From Macrostomum lignano (taxonomy: Eukaryota), in contig NIVC01001488.1 in assembly GCA_002269645.1 (NCBI GenBank), positions 1 to 43,305 on the forward strand: a stretch of 43,305 nt of DNA. The letters are read 5' to 3'. The notes under the pieces were generated by a model, which was not told the DNA's origin, did not search any database, and saw only the letters and a list, made by a program, of their open reading frames with translations. This document shows, piece by piece, positions 26,358-37,570 of the stretch; position 1 is the stretch's first letter, and each line of letters opens with the position of its first letter. Both the position numbers and the translations under genes were made by a program.

Positions 26358-29300
26358 TCACAGCTTGGAGTCTGCATCAATTTTCAATTCAACATCGTCG
26401 GCTCGCACAGTCGGCCTGCTGCCGCTACTCAAAACTGCAGGTCCTTGCAGGTGCCCAGCAGAGCCGGTGGCTGCCTGACGACACTCGCGCATTCGAGCTC
26501 CCACAGCCAGCGCAAAGTAGAGCAGAAGCTCAAACAGTTCGCAGGCAGTCAGAATAGAAATTCCGGACCAGAGACCAAGGGCTCCTAAAGTAAAATTGAA
26601 GGTTTACTTGCAAAAAGTATCGATAACTTCTTGGTTTTTATGCAGATAAAATTAACTTGAAAAGAATTGCGACAGCACGTAAAACCTCTTTGGACTCGAC
26701 ATTGCTTTGAATGGTCCGGCTAGGGATAGCTCTCACTGGCTTGAATCGCTGAACCAGCCTCCCTCACGCTCACACGGGATTAACAGCGGCCTTGACTCTC
26801 AGGCATGTCAGGCATGTACACTTCCGGGATCCTTGGGGGTCGGCCTTCGTGGATGTGAATCGTACGAAACCTTTGGGCCAGTTTTTCAAGTACAAGCGAA
26901 TCGAACGTTTAGTTACTAGGAAACAATTTCGTTAGCAAACTTGTTATCTAACCTCCAATGTCAGCCAGAAGGTTCTTGGTGGGATAAGCCTCTTCCTCTG
27001 AGACCTCCTGTCCGTACGATGTCCAGGCCTGAACTGTTAGCTGGGCAAGTCTGTTTTGAAGTGCCGTCAGCTCGCTGTCGAAGCTGAGAATGTCCAGCGG
27101 GTTCCTCATACTGGCTGGCGATTGAGTGAAGTTCAGCGATCTCAAATAGGCGCAGTAGACGCTGTTGATTCCCCTGAGGCCACTCGGACTGCTGCCGTAT
27201 CCGAGGGCAAAGGCGAGGTTCTTCAAAAACGCCAGCGACCGGAAGCTGTTCAGATTCGGCCACGGATACGTAATGTGCCGGGCGCTGAAATCAGTTGTGT
27301 AGCACGCAGCCTTGCAGAGGCTGACGGCATCGAACTGGTACTGCACCAGATTCGCGACTTGATTCCTGAAGCATAAGTCGGTTTCCGTGGAAATATTTGG
27401 CATAGTTTGGGTGTCGAAGCAGTAAGCATGTCTTGCAAAGAAATCGGCTCGGACAGGCAAAAACGAGGGCAAGCAGCGGCATTTATCGATGAACTTCTCG
27501 ACAACGTAGGTGTTGATGCAGTCCTCCATGTCAGTGTAGCTGAATACTTTGTCTACTCCAGTTAAAGTTCTAAAAATCAATAAATATTTGGAACTTAAAA
27601 AATTTGTCCTTTGTGAAGCCTTTTTTCTTAAACAAACCTGGAGCTGTTCAGAGTTTCCAGCATCATTTGAAAGTGTGCGAGCTTTTGTTTCCAATCGGCG
27701 GCAGAGACTACCGCCTCAAGATCCGTACTCATGCTGAAGTGTTATTACAAAATTAATGGTATTCTTAAAACAGTGCTTGCTACCATGGCAGGTAGAGCAC
27801 TTTCGCACTTACTCCAATTCCTTGTTCGAATCGGCCTGCTTCCACGACGGTAGCCGGTACACAATTGGCTCGGGAACCTCCGAGCAGGGTCTCCGAGCGG
27901 TGGAGAGTTTGGAGAATTTATCGAGTCTCAGCTGCACATCCATGCGTTGAGCAGCGGCTACGTCGATGCCCTTCGATGGCCAGGGGAAGCTGCTCTCCGG
28001 AACGATTATCGCCTGTAAGATGAAGACAATGATAGGGAGACGGCTTGGTGGACTTAAAAAGAGAAGAAAATCTTGCATGGTTCATAATTTCTCGTCGTCT
28101 ACTCCGTTTTCTGAGGTCCCAGAGCGAAGCAAGGATTTATTATTGATGATCCGTGCTTTTCGTGGGCGACAGCACCAGTAGTGGCGCCAGTACCATTGGC
28201 GCCAAAGGCAAACTAGTTGTTAAGGTAATGCTAAAATTAGGAACAGAGGGTGCCCAACCCATTGTGAGGGGCACTAAAGCTGTCTTGAAGGAGGCGCCAG
28301 TCAGCTGGAAAAGGGCACCATAATTTCTGTTACTTACTGGGGATGGGGGCCGCGGTGCCATTGCCCTCCCCCTGGCTGCGCCCCTCTGTGGTCTCCCAGC
28401 TCCTATTGGACCATCAGTTTCCAGTTTCCTGAAAAGTTGGTCCCTGAAAAGTTTAGGCGAAAATTCTTCCCTTGAATGCAATTCGGCTGGCATCGGAATC
28501 CACGCTGCCGTGCACGACTCCAGCCAGTTGATCCATGTTGGCTACCATCTGTCCCTTCGAGTCGGTTGCGTCAGTAAAGTACTTGATTGACAGCTGACTC
28601 TGGGCCTGTTGCCTGCTGGTCATGCTGGCAGTGAAACGCTGCTTGAGAAACTGATGGCACATGCCCAGCTGGGGGTGGGCAATGTTCAAAAAGTCATCCT
28701 TTGTGCATTTCTGACCAGCGAAGCTGCAGTTCGCAAGGCTGATACTGAGGTCGCTGCCGAACTGGCGTGCCAGCAGGTGGCTCCCGACCGAGTCCCTGAT
28801 GGCCCCTGTCACAGTCGGTACTGCTGAATCTATGGGCGCAGAGTTTAATTGCGGTTAATTTTATTGTTGTTGAGACTGCATTACGCTCTTATTCTTCGAC
28901 TATAGCTACAACATTTGGCATAATTACAGCAGTATGCAATGTCGCATGGCTCAAGCTCAACGTTCGCGAACGCAACGGCAGCTCCAGTGTTCACGGCGCA
29001 CACAGGTGTGTCAGAAAAAGCAATCGGATACCGACTGAAGCAACCACGTGAGGGGCGGTACGTATGACTTGAGGCAAATGCATTTACCTAATCAATGTTC
29101 AAAGAAAAGTACGCATATTATACCGTTTTACTCTGGATTCAACGCTATCTTCCGCTATGATTTCAACTGATCGACAAAAATTTTCGCCACCTTGTTCACT
29201 GTAGTCGGGCGTTCGAATGTCAAAGCCGAGAAAATTGTATGGTCCTGAAAGAAAAATCAAAAAAGATTTTATCAGTGCCTTCAGACAGAATTCAAAATGA

Positions 29301-32300
29301 CTTGTTCGGTTCAAACAAACCGAAAAAGAAGCGCCTCGACATGCTTTCTTCAAGCGAGCTCCATGGCAAGCACGGCTTTACGGTAGAGGAAACATTTTTT
29401 CGACCAGTATACTTTGCTCGCTGCTGCTTTTGAACGACCTCTTCATCGGAGCTTACTATGCAATCAAAGGCGCTGGCAGTAGCTGAAATGCAATAAAGAG
29501 CGCCACTATCGATTTTAAGAGCTAAAGCTAAAACTTTGCCTAATTCGAAAACTTACGGCAAAACGGAATGTCACAGAAGGCTGCATTCAGTTTATCAAGC
29601 TCATCCAAAAAGAAACAATACGGCCCGTTAGATAAGACTGTCAGATTGCTGAAGTTTCCGATTTGCAAAGGCTTCGGTTCTGTAAGCGGAATGATTCGTC
29701 AATTTCGCGGCTTTCTTAGCCACTTATTCAGTTTGTTTGCACTTGTATCTGTTTACTTGTTTTCTCTCCCTCTGTCTTGTTCAGGTCTTGTCTCTTCTCT
29801 CTCTCTCCCTTGACGCCTTCTGATTGGCTCTTCAGTCTCGCCTCTTTCCTCAGTCGCGCATTCCACCCCCTCCTTTTCTTATCTGCACCCAACCTCTCCC
29901 TCTAATTTATTGCCTTGTTATTATACCCGTTTAAGCCCTGCGCCACACTTACTTTCTGTTTTCAACTCTAATTAAATAAATAGTTTATTTATTCCGACTC
30001 AATTGTGACTAATATCCCTGAAAATATGGAATTAGCTTGTAGAATGATGCTTAAAAATAAAGATTTTGCGACTTTTAACCAAACAACCCACCCGTGTCCG
30101 CAATCTGTATCACGGTTACGGCAGTCGGCGATCCGCAGGCCTGCTTCCGGTTGCTGATGCAGCTGCTGTTGCAGATGCTGCTGTTGCTACTGCTGTTGCC
30201 CGAGCCGGGAAAGCCGTTGCCACAGAGGCAGCTGCCGGGCTGCAGCCCGATGTGCGAGTATCCAAGGAGACCGCAGCAGTCGGCGCAGGCCTCGTGGCTG
30301 ACCAGCCCGCCGGTGCCGCAAGTAAAGTTGAACTCAAAGCCGGTCGAGTTTGCAGCATAGCATCCAAGCAGTTTCAGTAGTGGACCTGGGATTCAAGGCG
30401 TGGATTGAAAGTTAACCAACTTATGTAGATGTTTTGTTGGAACGCTTGGCACTTACGGTTCGCTATGGTTAAAAACTCCGTCAGAGGTAGGCCAGGGGGA
30501 GAGCGGCACCTTGACTCGCTGTTTGAGTAGTTAAGCGCGAGCAGCTTGTCAGCAAGTGCTTCAGCACTTCTTCGTTTCAATTTCCGAGCAGCATCGTTCC
30601 AATTCATGCACCGCACTTGGGACCTGAGTGGCGGAAGTTTAATTGCAGTGATGTTCTCTGACTCCAGCGCTATATTTGAGCGCTGATAGATGATAGCTGA
30701 GCTCTTAGATCCAACTTAATCCTCTCCTGAGAACGTTGTTCGACATTCAGCCGTGTCTGAAAATTTGAATTTCTTATGCATCAGCTTTGCCAAAGTATAG
30801 TAGTACATGCAAATCCTATATACTAAAAATGAAAATCTTGCTTGCTTGCTTGTAATCGATTAGAGAAAAAATGGCTGGACCGATTTTCATGAGACTTGCA
30901 CTGTTCGATCAGAAATTTTCCTGGGACGGTACATGCATCTTGGCTAAGAAATTGCTCCATGTTAAAGCGATTAAATATTCGAAAAACATGCTTTTTTGCA
31001 AAGGTCAAGCAAACTTTTCGACTTGAAATGCATTGTAAGAATGCTAGAGAAAAAACTGACTGGTTGAATTCTGATTCTGAAATGGATTACATCATAACTG
31101 AATTGTAACTCCGAATTGAATTGCGTCACAGTATTGAAAATGCAGTGTGGAAGCGTAGCACCAGACTTGATTTAGATTGCGCAACCATATTGTTAACTGA
31201 TACTGACTGACTGAGAAATTGATTATGTAATAACTGCCTCGTGTGATTTACTCTATGCTTGGAGTTTTGAAACTTATAATTATAAGTGCTGAATTCATGT
31301 TATCAAAACGATGAGAGCTAGCCTAGAGGTAAACAGACTGAACTGCTAAATGCAGAAACGATGGTTCGAATTTTTAGAGAGTAGAGTTTTTTAATTAAAG
31401 CTTTTTAACGCCAAGAAAACTAAAAAAATCATAAAAGCGTCATGTAAAAAATCATAGAAGCGTCATGTAAAAAATCGTGGAAGTGTCATGTAAAAAATCG
31501 TGGAAGCATCATGTAAAAAGCATAGAAGTGTCATGTAAAAAATCATAGAAGCGTCATGTAAACAATCATAGAAGCGTCATGTAAACAATCATAGAAGCGT
31601 CATGTAAAAAATCATAGAGGCGTCATGTAAACAATCATAGAAGCGTCATGTAAAAAATCATAGAAGCGTCATGTAAACAATCATGGAAGCGTCATGTAAA
31701 CAATCATAGAAGCGTAATGTAAAAATCATAGTAGCGTCATGTAAAAAATCATAGAAGCGTCATATAAACAATCATAGAAGCGTCATATAAAAAATCATAG
31801 AAGCGTCATGTAAAAATCATAGAAGCGTCATGTAAAAATCATAGAGGTGTCATGCAAAAATCATTGAAGCGTCCTGCAGAAATCGTAGAAGCGTCATGAA
31901 ATAATTATAGAAGCGTCATGTAAAAAATCATACAAGCGTCATGTAAAAAATCATAGAAGCGTCATGTAAAAAATCATAGAAGCATCGTGTAAACAATCAT
32001 AGAAGCGTCATGTAAAAAATCATAGAAGCGTCATGTAAAAATCATAGAAGCGTCATATAAACAATCATAGAAGCGTCATGTAAACAATCATAGAAGCGTC
32101 ATGTAAAAATCATAGAAGCGTCATGTAAACAATCATAGAAGCGTCATGTAAACAATCATAGAAGCGTCATGTAACAAATCATAGAAGCGTCATGTAAAAA
32201 ATCATAGAAGCGTCATGTAAAAAATCATAGAAGCGTCATCTAAAACATCATAAAAGCGTCATGTAAAAAATCGTAGAAGCGTCATTTAAAAAATCATAGA

Positions 32301-35300
32301 AGCGTCATATAAACAATCATAGAAGCGTCATGTAAACAATCATAGAAGCGTCATGTAAAAAATCATAGAAGCGTCATGTAAACAATCATAGAAGCGTCAT
32401 GTTAAAATCATAGAAGCGTCATGCAAACAATCATAGAAGCGTCATGTAAACAATCATGGAGGCGTCATGTAAACAATCATAGAAGCGTCATGTAAAAAAT
32501 CATAGAAGCGTCATGTAAAAATCATAGAAGCGTCATGTAAACAATCATAGAAGCGTCATGTAAACAATCATAGAAGCGTCATGTAAAAAATCATAGAAGC
32601 GTCATGTAAAAATCATAGAAGCGTCATGAAAAAAATTATAGAAGCGTCATTTAAAAACTAATGAAAGTGTCATTTAAAAAATTAAGAAGCATCATAGTAG
32701 AATAAAAGAAGCGTCATGTCAGACATGAAAGGTGTCATGGAAAAATTAAATGCAGCTATAATGCTGTGCTGGGGAGAATTACTGAGACGTCAAGGCTCTC
32801 AGAGAATAACTGAGATTACGGGGGGGGTTTCTGAGATGTCAAAGCAAAAGTCAGAAGCTAATTCAAAGTTCATGTACTTTACTCAATTTTTTTATTGCAT
32901 TCTTTGTTGGCTCGCCACGGGAGGCGCTGATAGAAGAAGAGTCATGTAAAAAATAAAAGTAGCACTAAGTATACATAAAAGAAGAGTCATGTCGAAGTTA
33001 AAAGATTCATTTGGGAATTGCTACGATGTCAAAGCTAGGTGGAAATCGTTATAGTGCTGTGATTCTTAAAGAAGGAATCACTAAAATGTCAAGGCTTAGG
33101 GGAGAAGAATTGCTGAGATTTCAAGGCTTTAGGTTGGGTTAAAGTTAGGTTTAGGTCAGGTGTGGGTTGAGGGTTATATTTTATCGAGTTTCAAGGTTAG
33201 CAGGGGATTTTTCAGATTTCAAGGTTTATGGGTGCCATCGCTGACATGTTAAGGCTTACGGGGGGAATAGCTGAGATGTCAAGGCTCACGGGGTATAAAT
33301 GAGATTTCAAGGCTAAAGTCAGAAGCTACATGTAGTTTATTGAAAACTTTTTATTACATTATTTGATGCCTCCTCAGGGGAGGGATCGCTGATTAAAAAA
33401 GCGTAATGTAAAAAATAAAAGAAGCTTCATGTCGAAGTTAAGATATTCATTTGGGAATCCCTACGATGTCGAGGCTTGCAGGGAATCGCTATAATGCTGT
33501 AGTAGTGCTATAATGACTCTTAGAGAGACTTACTGAAATTTCAATGCTTTAGGGTTAGGTTAGGGTTAGGGTTAGGGTTGGGGTTAGGCTAGGGTTAGGG
33601 TTAGAAGGTTGACAGATATTTTTAGATTTCCAAGGCTTATTGGGGGCATGGCTGAGATGTCAAGGGGGGAAGTTGATATGTTAAAGCTTGTGGGGGGAAT
33701 TACTGACATGTCAAGGCTTACAAGGTTTGATAGGAGATTTTTTAAGATTTCAAGGATACATGTAGCTTATTAAAAAAACGTGAATTGCATTTCTTTGGCT
33801 CCCCAACGGGGGGCGTAGATTGCTAGTAAGTGCTAAAATTCATATTATCAAAACGATGAGAGCTAGCCTAGAGGTAAACAGACTGACTGCTAAATGCAGG
33901 GACGATGGTTCGAATTTTTAGAGAGTGGAATTTTTTTAAGTAAAGCTTTTTAACACCAAGAAGAAAACTAAAAAATCATAGAAGCGTCATGTAAAAAATC
34001 ATAGAAGCGTCATGTAAAAAATCATGGAAGCGTCATGAAAAAAAATCATAGAAGCGTCATGTAAAAAATCATGGAAGCGTCATGTAAACAATCATAGAAG
34101 CGTCATGTAAAAATCATAGAAGCGTCATGTAAAAAATCATAGAAGCATCGTGTAAACAATCATAGAAGCGTCATGTAAAAAATCATAGAAGCGTCATGTA
34201 AAAAATCATAGAAGCGTCATCTAAAACATCATAAAAGCGTCATGTAAAAAATCGTAGAAGCGTCATTTAAAAAATCATAGAAGCGTCATATAAACAATCA
34301 TAGAAGCGTCATGTAAAAAATCATAGAAGCGTCATGTAAACAATCATAGAAGCGTCATGAAAATATCATAGAAGCGTCATGTAAAAAATCATAGAAGCGT
34401 CATGTAAACAATCATAGAAGCGTCATGTAAACAATCATAGAAGCGTCATGCAAAAAATCATAGAAGTGTCATGTAAAAAATCATGGAAGCGTCATGTAAA
34501 AATCATAGAAGCGTCATGAAAAAATCATGGAAGCGTCATGTAAAAAATCATGGAAGCGTCATGTAAAAAGCATAGAAGCGTCATGTAAAAAATCATAGAA
34601 GCGTCATGTAAAAAGCATAGAAGCGTCATGTAAAAAGTCATGGAAGCGTCATGTAAAAATCATAGTAGCGTCATGTAAAAATCATAGAAGCGTCATGTAA
34701 AAAGCATAGAAGCGTCATGTAAAAAATCATAGAAGCGTCCTGCAGAAATCGTAGAAGCGTCATGAAAAAATCATAGAAGCGTCATGTAAAAAACATAGAA
34801 GCGTCATGTAAAAAATCATGGAAGCGTCATGTATAAATCATAGAAGCGTCATGAAAAAATCATGGAAGCGTCATGTAAAAAATCATGGAAGCGTCATGTA
34901 AAAAGCATAGAAGCGTCATGTAAAAAATCATAGAAGCGTCATGTAAAAAGCATAGAAGCGTCATGTAAAAAGTCATGGAAGCGTCATGTAAAAATCATAG
35001 TAGCGTCATGTAAAAATCATAGAAGCGTCATGTAAAAAGCATAGAAGCGTCATGTAAAAAATCATAGAAGCGTCCTGCAGAAATCGTAGAAGCGTCATGA
35101 AAAAATCATAGAAGCGTCATGTAAAAAACATAGAAGCGTCATGTAAAAAATCATGGAAGCGTCATGTATAAATCATAGAAGCGTCATGTAAAAATCATAG
35201 AATCGTCATATAAAAATCATAGAAGCGTCATGTAAAAATCATAGAAGCGTCATGTAAACAATCACAGAAGCGTCATGAAATAATCATAGAAGCGTCATGT

Positions 35301-37044
35301 AAAAAGCATAGAAGCGTCATGTAAAAAGCATAGAAGCGTCATGTAAACAATCATAGAAGCGTCATGAAAAAATCATAGAAGCCTCATTTAAAAACTAATG
35401 AAAGCGTCATTTAAAAAATTAAGAAGCATCATGGAAGAATAAAAGAAGTGTAATGTAAAAATCAAAAGAAGCGTCATGTCAGACGTGAAGGATGTCATGT
35501 AAAAATGAAATGCAGCTATAATGCTGTGCTGGGAAGAAAAACTGAGACGTAAAGGCTCTCAGAGAATAACTGAGATTACGAGGGGGGGGTTGTTTCTGGG
35601 ATCTCAAAGCAAAAGTCAGAAGCTACTTCAAAGTTCATGTACTTTACTCAATTTTTTATTGCATTCTTTGTTGGCTCGCCATGGGGGGGGTGCTGATAGA
35701 AGAAGAGTCATGTAAAAAATAAAAGTAGCACTATGTATACATAAAAGACAAGTCATGTCGAAGTTAAAAGATTCATTTGGGAATTGCTACGCGCGATGTC
35801 AAAGCTTGGTGGAAATCGTTATAGTGCTGTGATTCTTAAAGGAATCACTAAAATGTCAAGGCTTAGGGGAGAAGAATTGCTGAGATTTCAAGGCTTTAGG
35901 TTGGGTTAAAGTTAGGTTTAGGTCAGGTGTGGGTTGAGGGTTATATTTTATCGGGTTTCAAGGTTAACAGTGGATTTTTTAGATTTCAAGGTTTATGGGG
36001 GCCATCGCTGACATGTCAAGGCTTACGGACGGGGGGGAATAGCTGAGATGTCAAGGCTCACGGGGGTATAAATGAGATTTCAAGGCTAAAGTCAGAAGCT
36101 ACATGTAGTTTATTGAAAACTTTTTATTACATTATTTGATGCCTCCTCAGGCGAGGGATCGCTGATAAAAAAAGCGTTATGTAAAAAATAAAAGAAGCTT
36201 ATCGCTATAATGCTGTAGTAGTGCTATAATGACTCTTAGAGAGAATTACTGAAATTTCAATGCTTTAGGGTTAGGTTAGGGTTAGGGTTAGGGTTAGAAG
36301 GTTGACAGATATTTTTAGATTTCCAAGGCTTATTGGGGGCATTGCTGAGATGTCAAGGGGGAAGTTGATATGTTAAAGCTGGGGGGGGGAATTACTGACA
36401 TGTCAAGGCTTACAAGGTTTGACAGGAGATTTTTTAAGATTTCAAGGATACATGTAGCTTATTAAAAAAACGTGTATAGCATATCTTTGGCTCCCCAACG
36501 GGGGGCGTAGATTGCTAGTACTGTCTGAAAATTTACCCGAAAACTGAAGTTTGCTCATTATTGCGGCTTCTGTGCTGTGGAGCACCTTCCCCAATGCAAC
36601 AGCGGGTTTGCTGGGATCCACATACCTCCCAGATAGGAGCTCAAAGTTGTACAGAGCGATTTTCGTGCCAATTCCTAGATTGGGAAAGTTCTCAAGCGCG
36701 TAAATTTGGTAAGACGGCAGCTGCTGGACTGCCATGCTCATCGTTACTGTGCTTGTTGGACAGATTTACACATCCGGGAACTGGAACGACAGTGTAGAAA
36801 ACTTCATCGTCGTGAGCACGGGAGCCTGGATAAATCTTTCGAACAAAGTGGACAGGTGGTAGGCAAATCCGCCGTAAGTGCTCAATAGAAATCCGACCCA
36901 GATGCACTTGCCAATAAGGCTGGACTGCTCAGAGAATCGACCCAAACCGTGAGCAGTTGTGTAGCTGCAGAAGTTTTTCACGAAGACGCCCAGCTGACCG
37001 GCTATTGGAGCTGGCCTGTCAGGAGATTTTGAGCAGCTGCTCAT
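26358..37044 (-). CDS. DEG/ENaC (amiloride-sensitive channel) family gene. Exons: 37044-36626, ~30726-30457 (5' edge unresolved), 30385-30092 (WSC), 28829-28471, 28012-27813, 27733-27638, 27569-26953, 26584-26358. Contains apparent lesions
   Basis: Pre-TM1 F-SYTTAHG motif, TM1, FPDV-IC, LANCSFAGQKC...GMCHQF, FPWPSKGIDV...RPC, Cys-rich thumb (CINTYVVEKFIDKCRCLP...CKAAC) and TM2 LLADIGGALGLWSGISILTACELFE with a G-x-S filter. Phases match across the last seven exons. There is an in-frame TAA at 36768-36766 and a GG in place of the GT donor at 28470-28469. Confidence 0.88.
26720..26930 (-). mobile_element. Diverged relative of the same SINE family in the last DEG/ENaC intron
   Basis: Reverse complement contains GTTCGATTC, CCCCAAGG, AAGTGTACATGCCT and GGCCGCTGT...GTGTGAG in the same order as the 40315 element. 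Confidence 0.55.
30092..30385 (-). CDS. WSC-domain exon of the DEG/ENaC gene (symmetric phase 1-1, 98 codons)
   Basis: Translation PLLKLLGCYAANSTGFEFNFTCGTGGLVSHEACADCCGLLGYSHIGLQPGSCLCGNGFPGSGNSSSNSSICNSSCISNRKQACGSPTAVTVIQIADT has the 8-Cys WSC pattern. Acceptor cccag at 30390-30386, donor gtgggt from 30091; in frame with both neighbouring exons. Confidence 0.85.
31425..32720 (+). repeat. 22-23 bp satellite array (AGAAGCGTCATGTAAAAAATCAT), copy 1
   Basis: Direct tandem repeats, roughly 55 units. Confidence 0.95.
33549..33604 (+). repeat. Interstitial telomere-like (TTAGGG)n tract
   Basis: TTAGGG TTAGG TTAGGG TTAGGG TTAGGG TTGGGG TTAGG CTAGGG TTAGGG TTAG. Confidence 0.85.
33965..35480 (+). 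repeat. 22-23 bp satellite array (AGAAGCGTCATGTAAAAAATCAT), copy 2
   Basis: Direct tandem repeats, roughly 65 units, with an internal ~335 bp higher-order duplication. Confidence 0.95.
36265..36297 (+). repeat. Interstitial telomere-like (TTAGGG)n tract, copy 2
   Basis: About 5 TTAGGG units at the position homologous to the copy-1 tract. Confidence 0.85.
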
Positions 37045-37435
37045 GACTTATGCTTGATTTTTAACTACTTGTAGATAACCAATCTAATGATTACCCTATG
37101 TAAGTCTACAGTTATACAGTTTAAATAGTACATGTGATGTCAAACCTCCCCCCCCGAGCGTCCAATCGGACGAATTTTGCCATTTATTCTGACCAGTGCC
37201 CAGAAAAATGTCTGTACGCTCGTACACAGGAAAAGCAGCGGACAGTTGCGTGTCAAATGAGGGCCTTGATCAGATTAGACAATCTAGGCCCAAGCCTTGC
37301 GGATTCAAAACACTTTTTGTAGGTCCAGTAAGCTTTTAATTAGTATCAGAGGATAAATGGATGCATTGCACTCCACACGGCAGCGGGGGTTTGATGGATA
37401 AAATTGATAGATGATCTCATCTGAGTACTAAAGAG

Positions 37436-37570
37436 TTCGTGCCTGCGTAGAGTATTGGCGAGCTTGTGTGTGCTCAGGAGTCAGCGGAATGGGCAGAGTT
37501 GCCGTCAGCTCTGGTTGTGAAACGATTTCGCCGAAGTCGTTGCGCCAGTGTGCGCACATCCCCTTTGCGA
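37436..37570 (+). mobile_element. Diverged 3' fragment of the same SINE family
   Basis: GTGCCTGCGTA...GCTTGT..TGCTCAGGAGTCAGCGGAATGGGCAG...GGTTGTG...TGCGCCAG matches 40537-40650. Confidence 0.6.

Larger units (their letters stand above)
31283..33826 (+). mobile_element. Non-autonomous Helitron-like element, copy 1 (2,544 bp)
   Basis: Preceded by A; ends in hairpin GCTCCCC-AAC-GGGGGGC (33798-33814), 8 nt, then CTAG (33823-33826); joined directly to copy 2; contains a satellite array. The 5' end is TA rather than canonical TC. Confidence 0.62.
33827..36518 (+). mobile_element. Non-autonomous Helitron-like element, copy 2 (2,692 bp)
   Basis: Same 5' sequence (TAAGTGCT...TTATCAAAACGATGAGAGCTAGCCTAGAGG) and the same hairpin + CTAG end (36515-36518), followed by T. 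Confidence 0.62.

Noticed and set aside
28175-28390. Possible MITE (AGTGGCGCCAG ... CTGGCTGCGCCCCT) in a DEG/ENaC intron
   Set aside because: Inverted termini too degenerate and no TSD seen.
29099-29433. Short ORFs in the intron after the WSC exon as additional channel exons
   Set aside because: The WSC exon already joins 28829 in phase, and these ORFs show no DEG/ENaC motif or convincing splice pair.
33000-33730. Resemblance of CTGAGAT..TCAAGGCT motifs in the Helitron-like arm to the 20 bp array at 655-1180
   Set aside because: The shared words are too short to claim common origin by eye.
36766-36768. TAA stop-codon reassignment as an explanation for the in-frame stop
   Set aside because: All four complete genes end in TGA, but no other in-frame TAA or TAG occurs in roughly 3,400 reconstructed codons; one instance cannot support a code change.
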